From Anaerolineales bacterium (GTDB lineage Bacteria; Chloroflexota; Anaerolineae; Anaerolineales; Villigracilaceae), in assembly GCA_046328915.1 (NCBI GenBank), contig JAXLVR010000007.1, positions 157,206 to 221,205 on the forward strand: a stretch of 64,000 nucleotides of DNA, given 5' to 3'. Below, one piece after another: positions 9,321-18,332 of this stretch. The notes under the pieces were generated by a model. That model did no database searches and was not told where the DNA came from. It worked only from the letters and a program-made list of their open reading frames with translations. Positions within the stretch are counted from its first letter, which is position 1, and each line of letters starts with the position of its first letter. The translations under genes and the position numbers were made by a program.

Positions 9321-10097
9321 TCATCCCTCCACAGTAGTGTCTTCGTTTACGGGGAGGTAATAAACCCGCGGTTTGGTTCCAAGGTTTTCGCGCAAGCGAT
9401 AGGACGGGTGGTCTTGCAAAAGCTGGCTCACATTGGAATTCGGGTCGTTCAAGTCACCAAAGATGCGGGCGCCGGTTGGGCAAGCAACTACACAAGCAGG
9501 GGTGGCGGCGGGGTCTTCACCGGGTTTGAGTCCCAGCGAAAGTCCGCGATCGATGCGTTGATAGCAGAAAGCACACTTCTCTGGCACACCGCGCGGACGG
9601 CGTTCCACTTCTGGTTCGCCATATTGCGGCACGTATGGGTTCTCACCATCAAACTTTTCCCAGTTGAAGGAGCGGGCATCGTAGGGGCAGGCTACCATGC
9701 AATAACGGCAACCGATGCATTTTTCATAGTCCATCATTACGATGCCATCATCACGATAGTAGCTGGCGCCCACCGGGCAGACTTCCACACAGGGTGCGTG
9801 TTCGCATTGCATACATGGACGCGGCAGATACACTTGCTTGCCATTCATTTCGCCCATATCCAGAACCTTGGTCCATTCCATATCTGGGTTGATGTCGTTG
9901 GTGGCATGGCATGCCATATTGCATTGATTGCAGCCCGTGCACTTGGATTGGTCAATGACCATTACCCATTGATGTTCACCTTTTGCGCCTTCAGAGGCTT
10001 TCACTTCTTGCGTGAGGAGGCGTGTTCCGGCAGCGGCAGCAATGCCTACCGCAGAAAGTTTGATGAAATCACGGCGGTTGAACTTATTTTGAGCCAT
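9321..10097 (-). CDS. 4Fe-4S ferredoxin-type iron-sulfur subunit, NrfC/PsrB-like, Tat-exported
   Basis: Twin-arginine signal NRRDFIKL and four Cys clusters (CTGCNQC...C, CxxCxxC...CP). Confidence 0.85.
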   Translation of the reverse strand: MAQNKFNRRDFIKLSAVGIAAAAGTRLLTQEVKASEGAKGEHQWVMVIDQSKCTGCNQCNMACHATNDINPDMEWTKVLDMGEMNGKQVYLPRPCMQCEHAPCVEVCPVGASYYRDDGIVMMDYEKCIGCRYCMVACPYDARSFNWEKFDGENPYVPQYGEPEVERRPRGVPEKCAFCYQRIDRGLSLGLKPGEDPAATPACVVACPTGARIFGDLNDPNSNVSQLLQDHPSYRLRENLGTKPRVYYLPVNEDTTVEG

Positions 10098-11076
10098 GGT
10101 GTACCTCAGCAGATTTCTTCAATACGAGGCGGTATCCGCGTTCGAGCCAGGGAGCCAGCAACATACCAGCTGCGATACCGATCAGCGCTGTGATACCTGC
10201 ATACCCAAGTGGGGAAACCGGAGCAGGGTTCGGTGAAACGATGGGAGATTGATCTACGATTGCAGCGGCAGGTTTCGGGGTTTCTGTGGGGGCAACGTTC
10301 GCAACAATAGCTTGTTCCGTCGCATCTGCCTGACCATCTGTATGCATTTGATTGGCATGGCATGAGTTACACGTGGTAATGCTTGCCTTGAAAGAGTGAT
10401 CCGCTACCTGGTGAACCGCTGCGTTACTTTCCACATGCTCAAGGTGACAATCGATACAAGTGACGCCTTGTTTGCTATGCGTGGAATATGGGAAGTTCAT
10501 GCTGGCTTCTTCATGACAACTAATACATAGTTGAGAAGCATCTGCAACCTTTTGTTCCTTAAGGTTGACGGTGATTTTCAAGGAAGCATTGTGCGGGTCA
10601 TGACAGGTTGTGCAGTCCATGCCAGCGGCGAAGTGGGTGCTTTCTTCCCATTCTTTCATACCAAAACGAGCATCGGTATGGCAGGTGCCGCAGGTGCCGC
10701 CGGTCGCATCCACGCTCATGGTGGTTTTGGGGTGGTCACCACCATCATCTACATGACAGGCTGTGCAGTACACGCCGTCTTTTTCCCAGGTACCGGTGTT
10801 TTCGTCGTATCCTGTCACATGGCAGGCGAGACAAGCGCTCGGTTTGCCTTGGTCGGTCCAATCTTTAACGAAGATTGGGTCGCTGGTAGCGTTCCCATGC
10901 GGACCGTTCTTCCAACTCATTTCAAATTCTTCATGGCAGTCTGCGCAGGTTTTTTCTTCGTCTCCCGTGGGCGTAGGGGGATTGGCATCCTGTGCGGAGG
11001 CGGTAAGAATGGAAACACCTGCAATTAGCAGGGAGACCATAAGGGCGAGGATGATTTTTTCAAAACGTGAGAACAT
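10084..11076 (-). CDS. Octaheme c-type cytochrome with C-terminal TM anchor
   Basis: N-terminal signal peptide, eight CxxCH motifs, and a C-terminal hydrophobic helix. Overlaps the NrfC-like gene by 14 nt. Confidence 0.85.
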   Translation of the reverse strand: MFSRFEKIILALMVSLLIAGVSILTASAQDANPPTPTGDEEKTCADCHEEFEMSWKNGPHGNATSDPIFVKDWTDQGKPSACLACHVTGYDENTGTWEKDGVYCTACHVDDGGDHPKTTMSVDATGGTCGTCHTDARFGMKEWEESTHFAAGMDCTTCHDPHNASLKITVNLKEQKVADASQLCISCHEEASMNFPYSTHSKQGVTCIDCHLEHVESNAAVHQVADHSFKASITTCNSCHANQMHTDGQADATEQAIVANVAPTETPKPAAAIVDQSPIVSPNPAPVSPLGYAGITALIGIAAGMLLAPWLERGYRLVLKKSAEVHHGSK

Positions 11077-11111
11077 GAGTGCATCTCCTTATTAAGAGTG
11101 AAACGCAAGAG

Positions 11112-11456
11112 TTAAGCGTGAGCTTTCGATGGTTTTAGCACCGGTGTAGGTGCATTGATAAAGATTTCGCAACCAAGGCAGGCTTCACGCATATAGCCGT
11201 TTGAAAGGCGATGGATCTGCCAACAGGGTTTTCCGCTTTCGGCGGCACGAGCTTTAATATCGTCCATCGAAAGACCTTGTTCCTTCCAACAGGGTGTTTC
11301 ATCGCGCACCAGAAGGTTACGTTCGATCTCCGCTTCCTTCTGCCAGCGCACATCCAGGCGGCGTAAACCCATCACGATCAATGTGGTTACCAAAATAGGC
11401 AAACCCAATCGCACCGTAACACCCAGGATAAAAACGAGAATTGAATTAGTAGTCAT
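11112..11456 (-). CDS. Membrane-anchored Cys-rich hypothetical protein (4 Cys: CW...CW...CLGC)
   Basis: The likely start is MTTNS at 11456, with an N-terminal TM helix and a C-terminal Cys-rich domain. It lies directly upstream of the octaheme gene on the same strand. Confidence 0.45.
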   Translation of the reverse strand: MTTNSILVFILGVTVRLGLPILVTTLIVMGLRRLDVRWQKEAEIERNLLVRDETPCWKEQGLSMDDIKARAAESGKPCWQIHRLSNGYMREACLGCEIFINAPTPVLKPSKAHA

Positions 11457-11463
11457 GTCGACC

Positions 11464-11583
11464 TCACTTGAGCCAGTAGTTGGATTCTTTGCGGCGTAAC
11501 AACTCACCGAGTAGTAGAAGCGCTCCAAATGGGATGGCAACGCGGGCGATAAAGTACAGGATGAAAAACTCAGAACCGTTCAT
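11464..11583 (-). CDS. Small single-TM peptide (39 aa), possibly translationally coupled to the downstream Cys-rich protein
   Basis: Strong SD (gaaaggaga) 6 nt before the ATG, a hydrophobic core, and a stop 5 nt before the next ATG. It is missing from the ORF track because it is under 60 aa. Confidence 0.35.
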   Translation of the reverse strand: MNGSEFFILYFIARVAIPFGALLLLGELLRRKESNYWLK

Positions 11584-11811
11584 GACATTCTCCTTTCTCA
11601 AATCTACCTATAGGATATTGCTTCCTTAAAAGAAAGTAAATTCGTTACCAACCCCATTATTGGATGCGTACCTCCGCATCTTTTAGGACCCTTTGCCTGT
11701 GGCAAACGCCCCAAGCCTTACTAACGCTGTGGGGTATCTGCCCCATCTAAAAAACCACCTGTGTAAAGTAGATAAACTTACTCGCTTGACACTATTAAGC
11801 AACTCTTAAAC

Positions 11812-11845
11812 GAAAAGGCTCTCTTTTTAGAGAGCCTTTTCGTAA
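11812..11845 (-). terminator. Terminator after the response regulator gene
   Basis: Hairpin aaaaggctctct/agagagcctttt. It separates the two-component operon from the downstream cytochrome operon. Confidence 0.5.
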
Positions 11846-11866
11846 AACCTTTCATAACCCGTGATT

Positions 11867-12517
11867 CTATGCTTTTATGATCCCCTTACGAATGGCATAT
11901 CTCACTAATTCTGAGCGTGAGTGGAGATTTAACTTACGCATAATATTCTCACGGTGACGCTCCACCGTTTTGGGGCTAATCACAAGCGCATCGGCAATCT
12001 CTTGATTGCTGGCACCTTCTGCCAGCATTGTAAAGACCTCATGCTCGCGGTCGGTCAAACCGCCAAGATCGATCTTCTCTTCTGGCAAGCGGTCAATGTT
12101 TAGATAATCGCGCACCAACAGTTTCGCCATGGATGGGTAGAGATATACCTCCCCATTGGCAGCGGCGCGAATGGCAGTGATCAATTCTTCAGGTGCGGCG
12201 CGTTTGGGCACATAGCCTGAAGCACCTGCATTCAACATTTGGAAGAAATATTCTTCGTCTTCATGAATGGTCAACGCCACAATGTTCACATTCGCAAATT
12301 TTGCCTTGATCTCGCGTGTGGCTTCAATACCGGTCTTATCGGGCAGACCGATATCCATCAGAATCACGGTTGGTTGTACGCGTTCTGTCTCTGCCAAGGC
12401 TTCTGCTGCAGACCCCGCCTCACCTACAATTTCAAGGTCTTCTTGCCCGTTGAGCAGCATCTTCAACCCTGTTCGGACGACCGCATGGTCATCCACCAAT
12501 AACAATCGAATCGTCAT
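11867..12517 (-). CDS. Response regulator, NarL/FixJ family (REC + LuxR-type HTH)
   Basis: N-terminal LLVDDHAVVRTGL receiver domain and a C-terminal LuxR HTH. Confidence 0.9.
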   Translation of the reverse strand: MTIRLLLVDDHAVVRTGLKMLLNGQEDLEIVGEAGSAAEALAETERVQPTVILMDIGLPDKTGIEATREIKAKFANVNIVALTIHEDEEYFFQMLNAGASGYVPKRAAPEELITAIRAAANGEVYLYPSMAKLLVRDYLNIDRLPEEKIDLGGLTDREHEVFTMLAEGASNQEIADALVISPKTVERHRENIMRKLNLHSRSELVRYAIRKGIIKA

Positions 12518-13995
12518 TTCTCCTCCTGATCTTTCAAATGCAATGGCACTACAGCCTCAACTTCCGTCCCATACCCTGGGCGTGAGGAGATGGTCACACC
12601 GCCGCCGAGCAATGCTGCACGTTCTTCCATGCCTGCCAAACCCAAAGAGACGCGCCCAATGCGGTTTTGTACATCTTTCATCTCAAACCCCACCCCATTA
12701 TCAAACACATGAATGCGAACTTCCTTTTGTAAATAATGGATCTTGACGTTAACCGTGGTGGCTTGGGCATGTTTGATAACGTTATTCAATGCTTCTTGCG
12801 TAATGCGGAAGATGGTGATCTTCACGGCATCGTCGAGCGTGGGTTCGTCGCCGTCGATATCCACGCGCACATGCAGGGAGGTCAACTCATGGATGCGCGA
12901 AGCGTACCACCTCAACGTGGCGGAAAGGCCCAGGTCGTCGAGGTGCGCAGGCCTGAGGTCCGAGATGATGCGTTGCAATTCATGGATGGACTCTGAGGTA
13001 AGAGATTGCAATTGAGTCAGAGTGGTGAGACGTTTTTTAGAGTCAGTCTCGTTTGCAAGCCCGCGTAAACCCATGCCAATGGCAGTTAATGACTGGCCAG
13101 TTTCATCATGAAGATCGCGTGCAATGCGCTGACGTTCAGACTCTTGTGCACCAACAATGCGGCGAAAAAGTTGGGCGCGTAGTTTTTCGCGCTGCTGTGA
13201 TTCGTGCAACTGTGACGCTTGTAGTTCTGCAATCTTGCTGTCGCTTTCTACTTGAAAGGCACGTAAAAAGCGTGTGACAAATAAAGAAGCGAACATGGCA
13301 GTGATTGCGCGTAGTAATTGAATGGAAAAACCAAAGGTGTTTAGGAAAAGCTCAGCGTTAAGAAATGTGGATGGAGGTAAGGGACTTGGCTCTGTAAAAA
13401 GTTGACCGACAAGGCTATACCAAATGAATGCGACCGATGCCCACAAACTGTCGCGCCCAAAACTTACCAAACCTGCTCTACGAAAAGCCCGTTGTTGGAC
13501 TACCAAGCCTGCGGCTGCAAGCAAACCTGCTGGAATGGCAATGGAGTACCGCGTCCACACATCGGCAACGGCATAAATATTATCCAGAGGATATTTGCTT
13601 TTGAAAATCAGTAGTCCATAAACCCAGATGGCTTCGAGCCCTAGCGGGATGATGAGACTCACTCTCCAGGTCGATTCACTGCCAAGCACGAGATACGAAC
13701 CGAATGCCGCTAAAGATAAAAATGAAAAAGCCAAAATGGATAACGCCAGCAGTGGATAAATACCTTCGAGAAAGGCATTTAAGTGCCCCATAGCTCTGAA
13801 CATTTCCAACCATTCATGGGCAGCATGTACAAGACCAAAGCCTGCCAGCGGACGTAGTGCCATGCGCAAGCGTGCATCTGTAGAGCGTCCTCCTTCCATG
13901 GCAACCAATAAGCCCATGCTAAAGAAGGCAAGCCCATAAAAGAAATAGATGACTACAACAGATAGATTTTCCATGCTTACATAAAAAGACCCCAA
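12514..13995 (-). CDS. Sensor histidine kinase, HisKA_3 family, with a polytopic membrane sensor domain
   Basis: About six N-terminal TM helices, a coiled coil, the H-box RIARDLHDETGQSL, and an HATPase_c domain. Overlaps the response regulator by 4 nt. Confidence 0.85.
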   Translation of the reverse strand: MGSFYVSMENLSVVVIYFFYGLAFFSMGLLVAMEGGRSTDARLRMALRPLAGFGLVHAAHEWLEMFRAMGHLNAFLEGIYPLLALSILAFSFLSLAAFGSYLVLGSESTWRVSLIIPLGLEAIWVYGLLIFKSKYPLDNIYAVADVWTRYSIAIPAGLLAAAGLVVQQRAFRRAGLVSFGRDSLWASVAFIWYSLVGQLFTEPSPLPPSTFLNAELFLNTFGFSIQLLRAITAMFASLFVTRFLRAFQVESDSKIAELQASQLHESQQREKLRAQLFRRIVGAQESERQRIARDLHDETGQSLTAIGMGLRGLANETDSKKRLTTLTQLQSLTSESIHELQRIISDLRPAHLDDLGLSATLRWYASRIHELTSLHVRVDIDGDEPTLDDAVKITIFRITQEALNNVIKHAQATTVNVKIHYLQKEVRIHVFDNGVGFEMKDVQNRIGRVSLGLAGMEERAALLGGGVTISSRPGYGTEVEAVVPLHLKDQEEK

Positions 13996-14028
13996 AGGCG
14001 CTTTGTTCGCCTTTAGGGTCTCTCCTCG

Positions 14029-14921
14029 TTATGCGTCTTCGTGCCTTAGCCGTGCGCCACACGTTCGGCAGAACCTGTCACTGGGTTTGGCGCGTGCTCC
14101 ACATTGTGGACAGTAGAGGCTGGTGGCATCACTTTCTGCATTGGTTCGTGAACGGCGGCGATGTTTATTACCGCCTGCAGAATGGCGACCCCATTGGAAG
14201 TAATACATCAAGCCACCGGCAATCATAATGATGCCAAGTCCGCCAATGATGTAGGGCAGGCTATTGGCAAGTGAAACACGCCCAGGTGTATCTTCATTCA
14301 CTGGCTCGGCAATCTGCACCGACTGCGCCTGCGAGACCAGTGTATCAGTGGTCTTTGTGTAGCTTACATTCAGGGAATACTGTTCACCCGCCGCAAGTTG
14401 GACGGGCGCTCCATCGTAGTAGTTCAAGCCGTTAAAGGTTTCTTTGGCGGTATATTTCGGATCAATGGCGATATCAGTTACATTCAATGGTTCCAGAAAA
14501 AGATATTGGAACTTCTCAACCGCATATTCACTATCCCAAAGATAAGAGAAAATGCGCGTATCGCCGTTGTACGAAAGCGGTTGATAATATTCGAAACGGT
14601 ATGGGGAATTCTGTTCAATGACCATGCTGAAGGTTTGGTATTCCCCTTCAGGGTTGGGACCCGTATATGGGTGATCGAGGAATTGTCCGTTACCCGTATC
14701 TGAAGCGACAGCAATCAAATTCGCTTCAGCAGGAATGCGAAAGGTAAGTGTGGCGGGCAAAGCGGTAGTTGCCGCAACTTGAAAATCTACGATCACCAGC
14801 ATGCTGGGGTCGTCATATTCAGCCATAATTGTACAGTTGCAAATGAAAGCGACACATCGCTTTGAGCCGATGCGGAGATGGGGAACGAGAGGAAGATTCC
14901 CATAAGAAGGAGTAAGAGTAG
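14029..14921 (-). CDS. Secreted-domain/TM/cytoplasmic zinc-ribbon protein, apparently frameshifted after its signal peptide
   Basis: SD plus ATG at 14921 encode the signal peptide MRKLLLLLLMGIFLSFPISASA in one frame. The long ORF, in the +1 frame, carries an extracellular domain, a TM helix and a C-terminal CPQCG...CRTCG zinc ribbon. Confidence 0.45.
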
Positions 14922-15078
14922 TTTGCGCATGAACGCCTCCTAACGATAAATGTTTTACTTCTCTATGTATCTTACCATGCCACATTTTTTGAGGGCATAA
15001 ACGAAATCATGCAGAATATAGATAAATGTCACCCTTTTTAGAAATGTACAACTGGGGCGGGGTACCCGCCCCAGCAAA

Positions 15079-15975
15079 TTACATTGCTCTTACCAATTGC
15101 CAGCACGAACGATTGTAGGGCGTGCTAATTCCGTGCATTTCACCGTATTCGGTGACCGCGCCACAGATCGAGTCAATTTCCGTTGGGGCACCGCGGCGCA
15201 CATCCTGAAACATCGACGAAAGATTTTGCGCCGTTTTGCGCGCCACTTCTTCCACGGCTTCGATCGGGTTTGTGAACGGCAAATTTACCTGCTCTGCTTG
15301 TGCTACTTCGGCAGCTTCACGCGCCAGCGCATTCATCGCCTTGCGTGCCCAGGGATGATTCAACAACTCACCGTTTGGTACTTGCAGCAGCGCAGTCAGC
15401 GGGTTGATGGCGGCATTGATGATGAGCTTACCCCACACCAACGATTGCGCATTTTGAACAATCTGCAAATTAAAGTTGGATGACCGAAGAGCCGCCTCTA
15501 GCGGACCGAGAGCCTGATTCTGTTCCAGAGAGAGGATACCCTCACCGCCAACTTTTACATGCCCGGGTCCGAGCAGCGTGGCTCCAGTGGTGGTAACGCC
15601 CAGGGCAACGCGCCCAGCCCCAAGGTCCCGTGCGAGCGCTTCGCGATTGCCGAGTCCATTTTGAAGGGTGAGCACAATTCCATCTGGAGCAAGAATCCCT
15701 TTTAGCTTTTCTGCCACGCGTTTCGTCTGCCATGATTTCACCAACACAATAGCGTGCTTAACATTACGCACTTCACTGGGTTCATCCGTAGCATGGACTT
15801 GAAAAGCTCGTTCTTTTCCATTTGATTCTGAAACACGGGCACCGTTTTGGTTAAGAGCATGAATGCCGTCTTTCCACGTACCCAACATGGATATATGATG
15901 ACCTGCTTCACTCAAGCGTGCCGCAAATAGCGTAGAGAGTGCGCCTGTACCAATTAGTAAAATGTTCTCGCTCAT
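15079..15975 (-). CDS. panE: 2-dehydropantoate 2-reductase
   Basis: Rossmann motif ILLIGTGALS and an ApbA/PanE fold. Its ATG overlaps the panB stop (ATGA). Confidence 0.8.
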   Translation of the reverse strand: MSENILLIGTGALSTLFAARLSEAGHHISMLGTWKDGIHALNQNGARVSESNGKERAFQVHATDEPSEVRNVKHAIVLVKSWQTKRVAEKLKGILAPDGIVLTLQNGLGNREALARDLGAGRVALGVTTTGATLLGPGHVKVGGEGILSLEQNQALGPLEAALRSSNFNLQIVQNAQSLVWGKLIINAAINPLTALLQVPNGELLNHPWARKAMNALAREAAEVAQAEQVNLPFTNPIEAVEEVARKTAQNLSSMFQDVRRGAPTEIDSICGAVTEYGEMHGISTPYNRSCWQLVRAM

Positions 15976-16823
15976 TTCACTTCCTTTTGAAAAACAGCCC
16001 ATTCTTCGTCTGTCATTTCAACGGTATGTTCGGCAGCCGGGAATTGCTTGGCATTTACATCGTTGAGATATTCTGTAAAAGCTTTATTCATCGTCTCATG
16101 CAGGTTTGCATATTGGCGAACGAATTTCGGTGTGAAGCGTTCAAAGAGACCCAGTAAATCGTGAGTGACAAGCACTTGCCCGTCGCAACCTGATCCCGCG
16201 CCAATGCCAATGGTTGGAATGGAGATATGCTTGGAAATATACTCTGCCAGCCTTGCAGGAACAGACTCCAGCACAAGGCTGAACGCCCCAGCTTCTTCAA
16301 GAATCTGCGCATCTTCAAGCAATCGTTTGGCTGCCGAAGCAGTTTTGCCCTGTGCACGGAACCCGCCGAGTTGATTCACTGATTGTGGTGTGAGCCCTAG
16401 ATGCCCCATCACAGGAATGCCTGCATTGACAATGGCTCGTACTGCATCAGCACGTTCACGCCCACCTTCAAGCTTGACCGCATCCATTCCGCCTTGTTGC
16501 AAGAAGCGCCCGGCATTGCGCACGGCATCTTCTACTGAAACTTGATACGACATAAATGGCATATCGCCAACGAGCAATGGGGCTTTGGCTCCGCGTGCCA
16601 CGGCTCGGGCATGGTGCAACATTTCATCCATGGTGACGGGTAAGGTGTTTTCGTAGCCGAGCACTACCATCGCAAGTGAATCGCCCACTAGAATGGAATC
16701 AATTCCGGCTTTGTCTATCGCCATTGCTGTGGGATAGTCGTATGCCGTTAACATCGTAATCGGCTCGCCGCGTTCTTTCTTTTGCCTGAACGTGAGAGTC
16801 GTCACTTTTTTACGTTGTGACAT
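15972..16823 (-). CDS. panB: 3-methyl-2-oxobutanoate hydroxymethyltransferase
   Basis: Conserved PanB core (LTAYDYPTA...GDSLAMVVLGY...GDMPFMSY). The start was chosen at MSQRKK; the ORF track extends further upstream. Confidence 0.85.
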   Translation of the reverse strand: MSQRKKVTTLTFRQKKERGEPITMLTAYDYPTAMAIDKAGIDSILVGDSLAMVVLGYENTLPVTMDEMLHHARAVARGAKAPLLVGDMPFMSYQVSVEDAVRNAGRFLQQGGMDAVKLEGGRERADAVRAIVNAGIPVMGHLGLTPQSVNQLGGFRAQGKTASAAKRLLEDAQILEEAGAFSLVLESVPARLAEYISKHISIPTIGIGAGSGCDGQVLVTHDLLGLFERFTPKFVRQYANLHETMNKAFTEYLNDVNAKQFPAAEHTVEMTDEEWAVFQKEVK

Positions 16824-17039
16824 GGTGGTAGAAACTGTAGTTGTTGACAAAGGTACCCTCCGATAAAGGTAGAGTCCGCATTGGTGTGCTAGCACCCTAT
16901 TCTGCACACATTTTCGGTCGATTTGGATTTTTCCGTCGCGTTCATAAGGATACACGCGGTAAAGCTATTATGACATATTCCAGTCTGCTTGCCTATAATA
17001 AATGTATCAGAACTTTGTCTCAAAAACTATCAGAAGTGC

Positions 17040-17911
17040 TTAACCGCGCAGGTGCTTTTCAAATTTCCCGAAATCGACTCGGGCGGTCATATCGAGGTCA
17101 ATGGGGGTGACGGCAACTTTCTTTTTGTGCCGTAGAACATACACGTCGGTCCCTTCTTTCTCGTGAGGGAGGTTGTTGTCGTGTGTGTACCCAATGGGGC
17201 CAGGTTCATCCCATGAGGCGCGTTTGGATGGGGTGGGAACGTAGTAGCGGAGGCGTGAAAGTTTTGAGATTTCCCACTCAGTCTCCGGCGTGGCGTGACG
17301 CGGCACTTCCACTTTCAGAACATCTACTCCGTCGAAGTGTTTCTTGTCTAATAAAATGCGGGCGAAGTAGGCAGTGAAATATCCGGCAACTGTAAAATCA
17401 ATATCTTCAGAATGGCTGAGGTGATAGTGTGGATCAGTTTCCAGCGAGATCGCTAAAGCAGGGATACCAAGATTGGCGCCTTCCATGGCGGCTCCTACGG
17501 TGCCAGAGATGGTGATTCCCAGCCCAACATTTTCTCCGTAGTTGATTCCTGAAACGATCAGGTCTGGTTTGTGAGGGACGATTTCTAAAACACCGTGTAA
17601 GACTGCTTGAGCGGGTGAACCGCCCACAGCGTAGACATCCCATTCCTGCCCATTGATTTGACCTTTTCTTTGTGAATGATGCCGTCAGAGGTACTTGGCA
17701 GGCTGCGTCCCATACCGCTGGATTGATTACGCGGCGCGGCAACGGTGACATAACCAATCTTGGCGAGTTCACTGGCGGCTGCCCATAAGCCTGGCGAGCG
17801 GATACCATCGTCATTTGTGAGCAGGATGTGCGGTTTTTTCTTTGTCATGGTCTGGGGATTATAAACAAAAGAAGACGGTTTTGCGGTGCCGAACCAAGAG
17901 ATTTTGCACAC
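17040..17911 (-). CDS. surE: 5'/3'-nucleotidase SurE, interrupted by a frameshift at an A/T homopolymer (~17657)
   Basis: The N-terminal ORF (LLTNDDGI motif) and the C-terminal ORF are in different frames. A single extra A in the aaa run would restore KVKINGQEW.... Confidence 0.8.
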
Positions 17912-17960
17912 GGATTACACGGGCAAATTCGGAATTTCTTAAGAGGTTTTTCCGTGTACT

Positions 17961-18012
17961 AAAAAAACGAGTAACCACCTCTCTCACGAAAGGTGGTTAC
18001 TGTGCTCCCGGC
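17961..18012 (-). terminator. Rho-independent terminator (10-bp perfect stem) on the minus strand
   Basis: Stem gtaaccacct/aggtggttac followed by a T-run on the minus strand. Confidence 0.5.
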
Positions 18013-18088
18013 AGGACTCGAATATCATCCCTCGATGGGGCGTGCGACCTAATAAAAAAACTACCTTTCAAAAAGGCAGTTTTTTCTG

Positions 18089-18162
18089 TGCTCCCGGCAG
18101 GACTCGAACCTGCGACCTATTGCTCCGCAAGCAAGCGCTCTAATCCACTGAGCTACGGAAGC
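18089..18162 (-). tRNA. tRNA, probably Arg; the anticodon reads GCG in my fold (unusual; has a C27-U43 mismatch)
   Basis: Cloverleaf folded by hand: 7-bp acceptor stem, D-arm gctc/gagc with G18G19 and A20, T-arm gcagg-ttcgagt-cctgc, anticodon loop ttGCGga. The isotype needs tRNAscan-SE. Confidence 0.6.
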
Positions 18163-18259
18163 GTTCATTTGTTAAGCGGGCAGTATTTTACTGCATTGTA
18201 TTCTGAAGGTCAAGGTGCTTGACGGCATGCCCCCCTGCATGTAAAATCAGCGTCGCCTT

Positions 18260-18332
18260 GCGGGAGTCGCCAAGTGGTAAGGCATCAGCCTTCCAAGCTG
18301 ACATTTCGTGGGTTCGAATCCCATCTCCCGCT
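18260..18332 (+). tRNA. tRNA-Gly (anticodon TCC)
   Basis: Acceptor gcgggag/ctcccgc, 3-bp D-stem, anticodon stem tcagc/gctga with loop ctTCCaa, and T-loop ttcgaat. Confidence 0.85.

Noticed and set aside
9072-10193. 373-aa plus-strand ORF overlapping the NrfC-like and NrfD-like genes
   Set aside because: Antisense shadow of the GC-rich, well-supported minus-strand genes. Its composition is His/Ala/Gly-rich, typical of out-of-frame translation.
16860-17040. TATAAT-containing plus-strand promoter-like sequence between panB and surE
   Set aside because: Both neighbouring genes are on the minus strand and no plus-strand product follows. It is probably a fortuitous AT-rich match.
17995-18170. Possibility of an integrated prophage or ICE at the duplicated tRNA 3' end
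   Set aside because: The two copies are only about 90 bp apart, with no integrase or cargo between or beside them. It is best read as a scar or remnant, not an active element.
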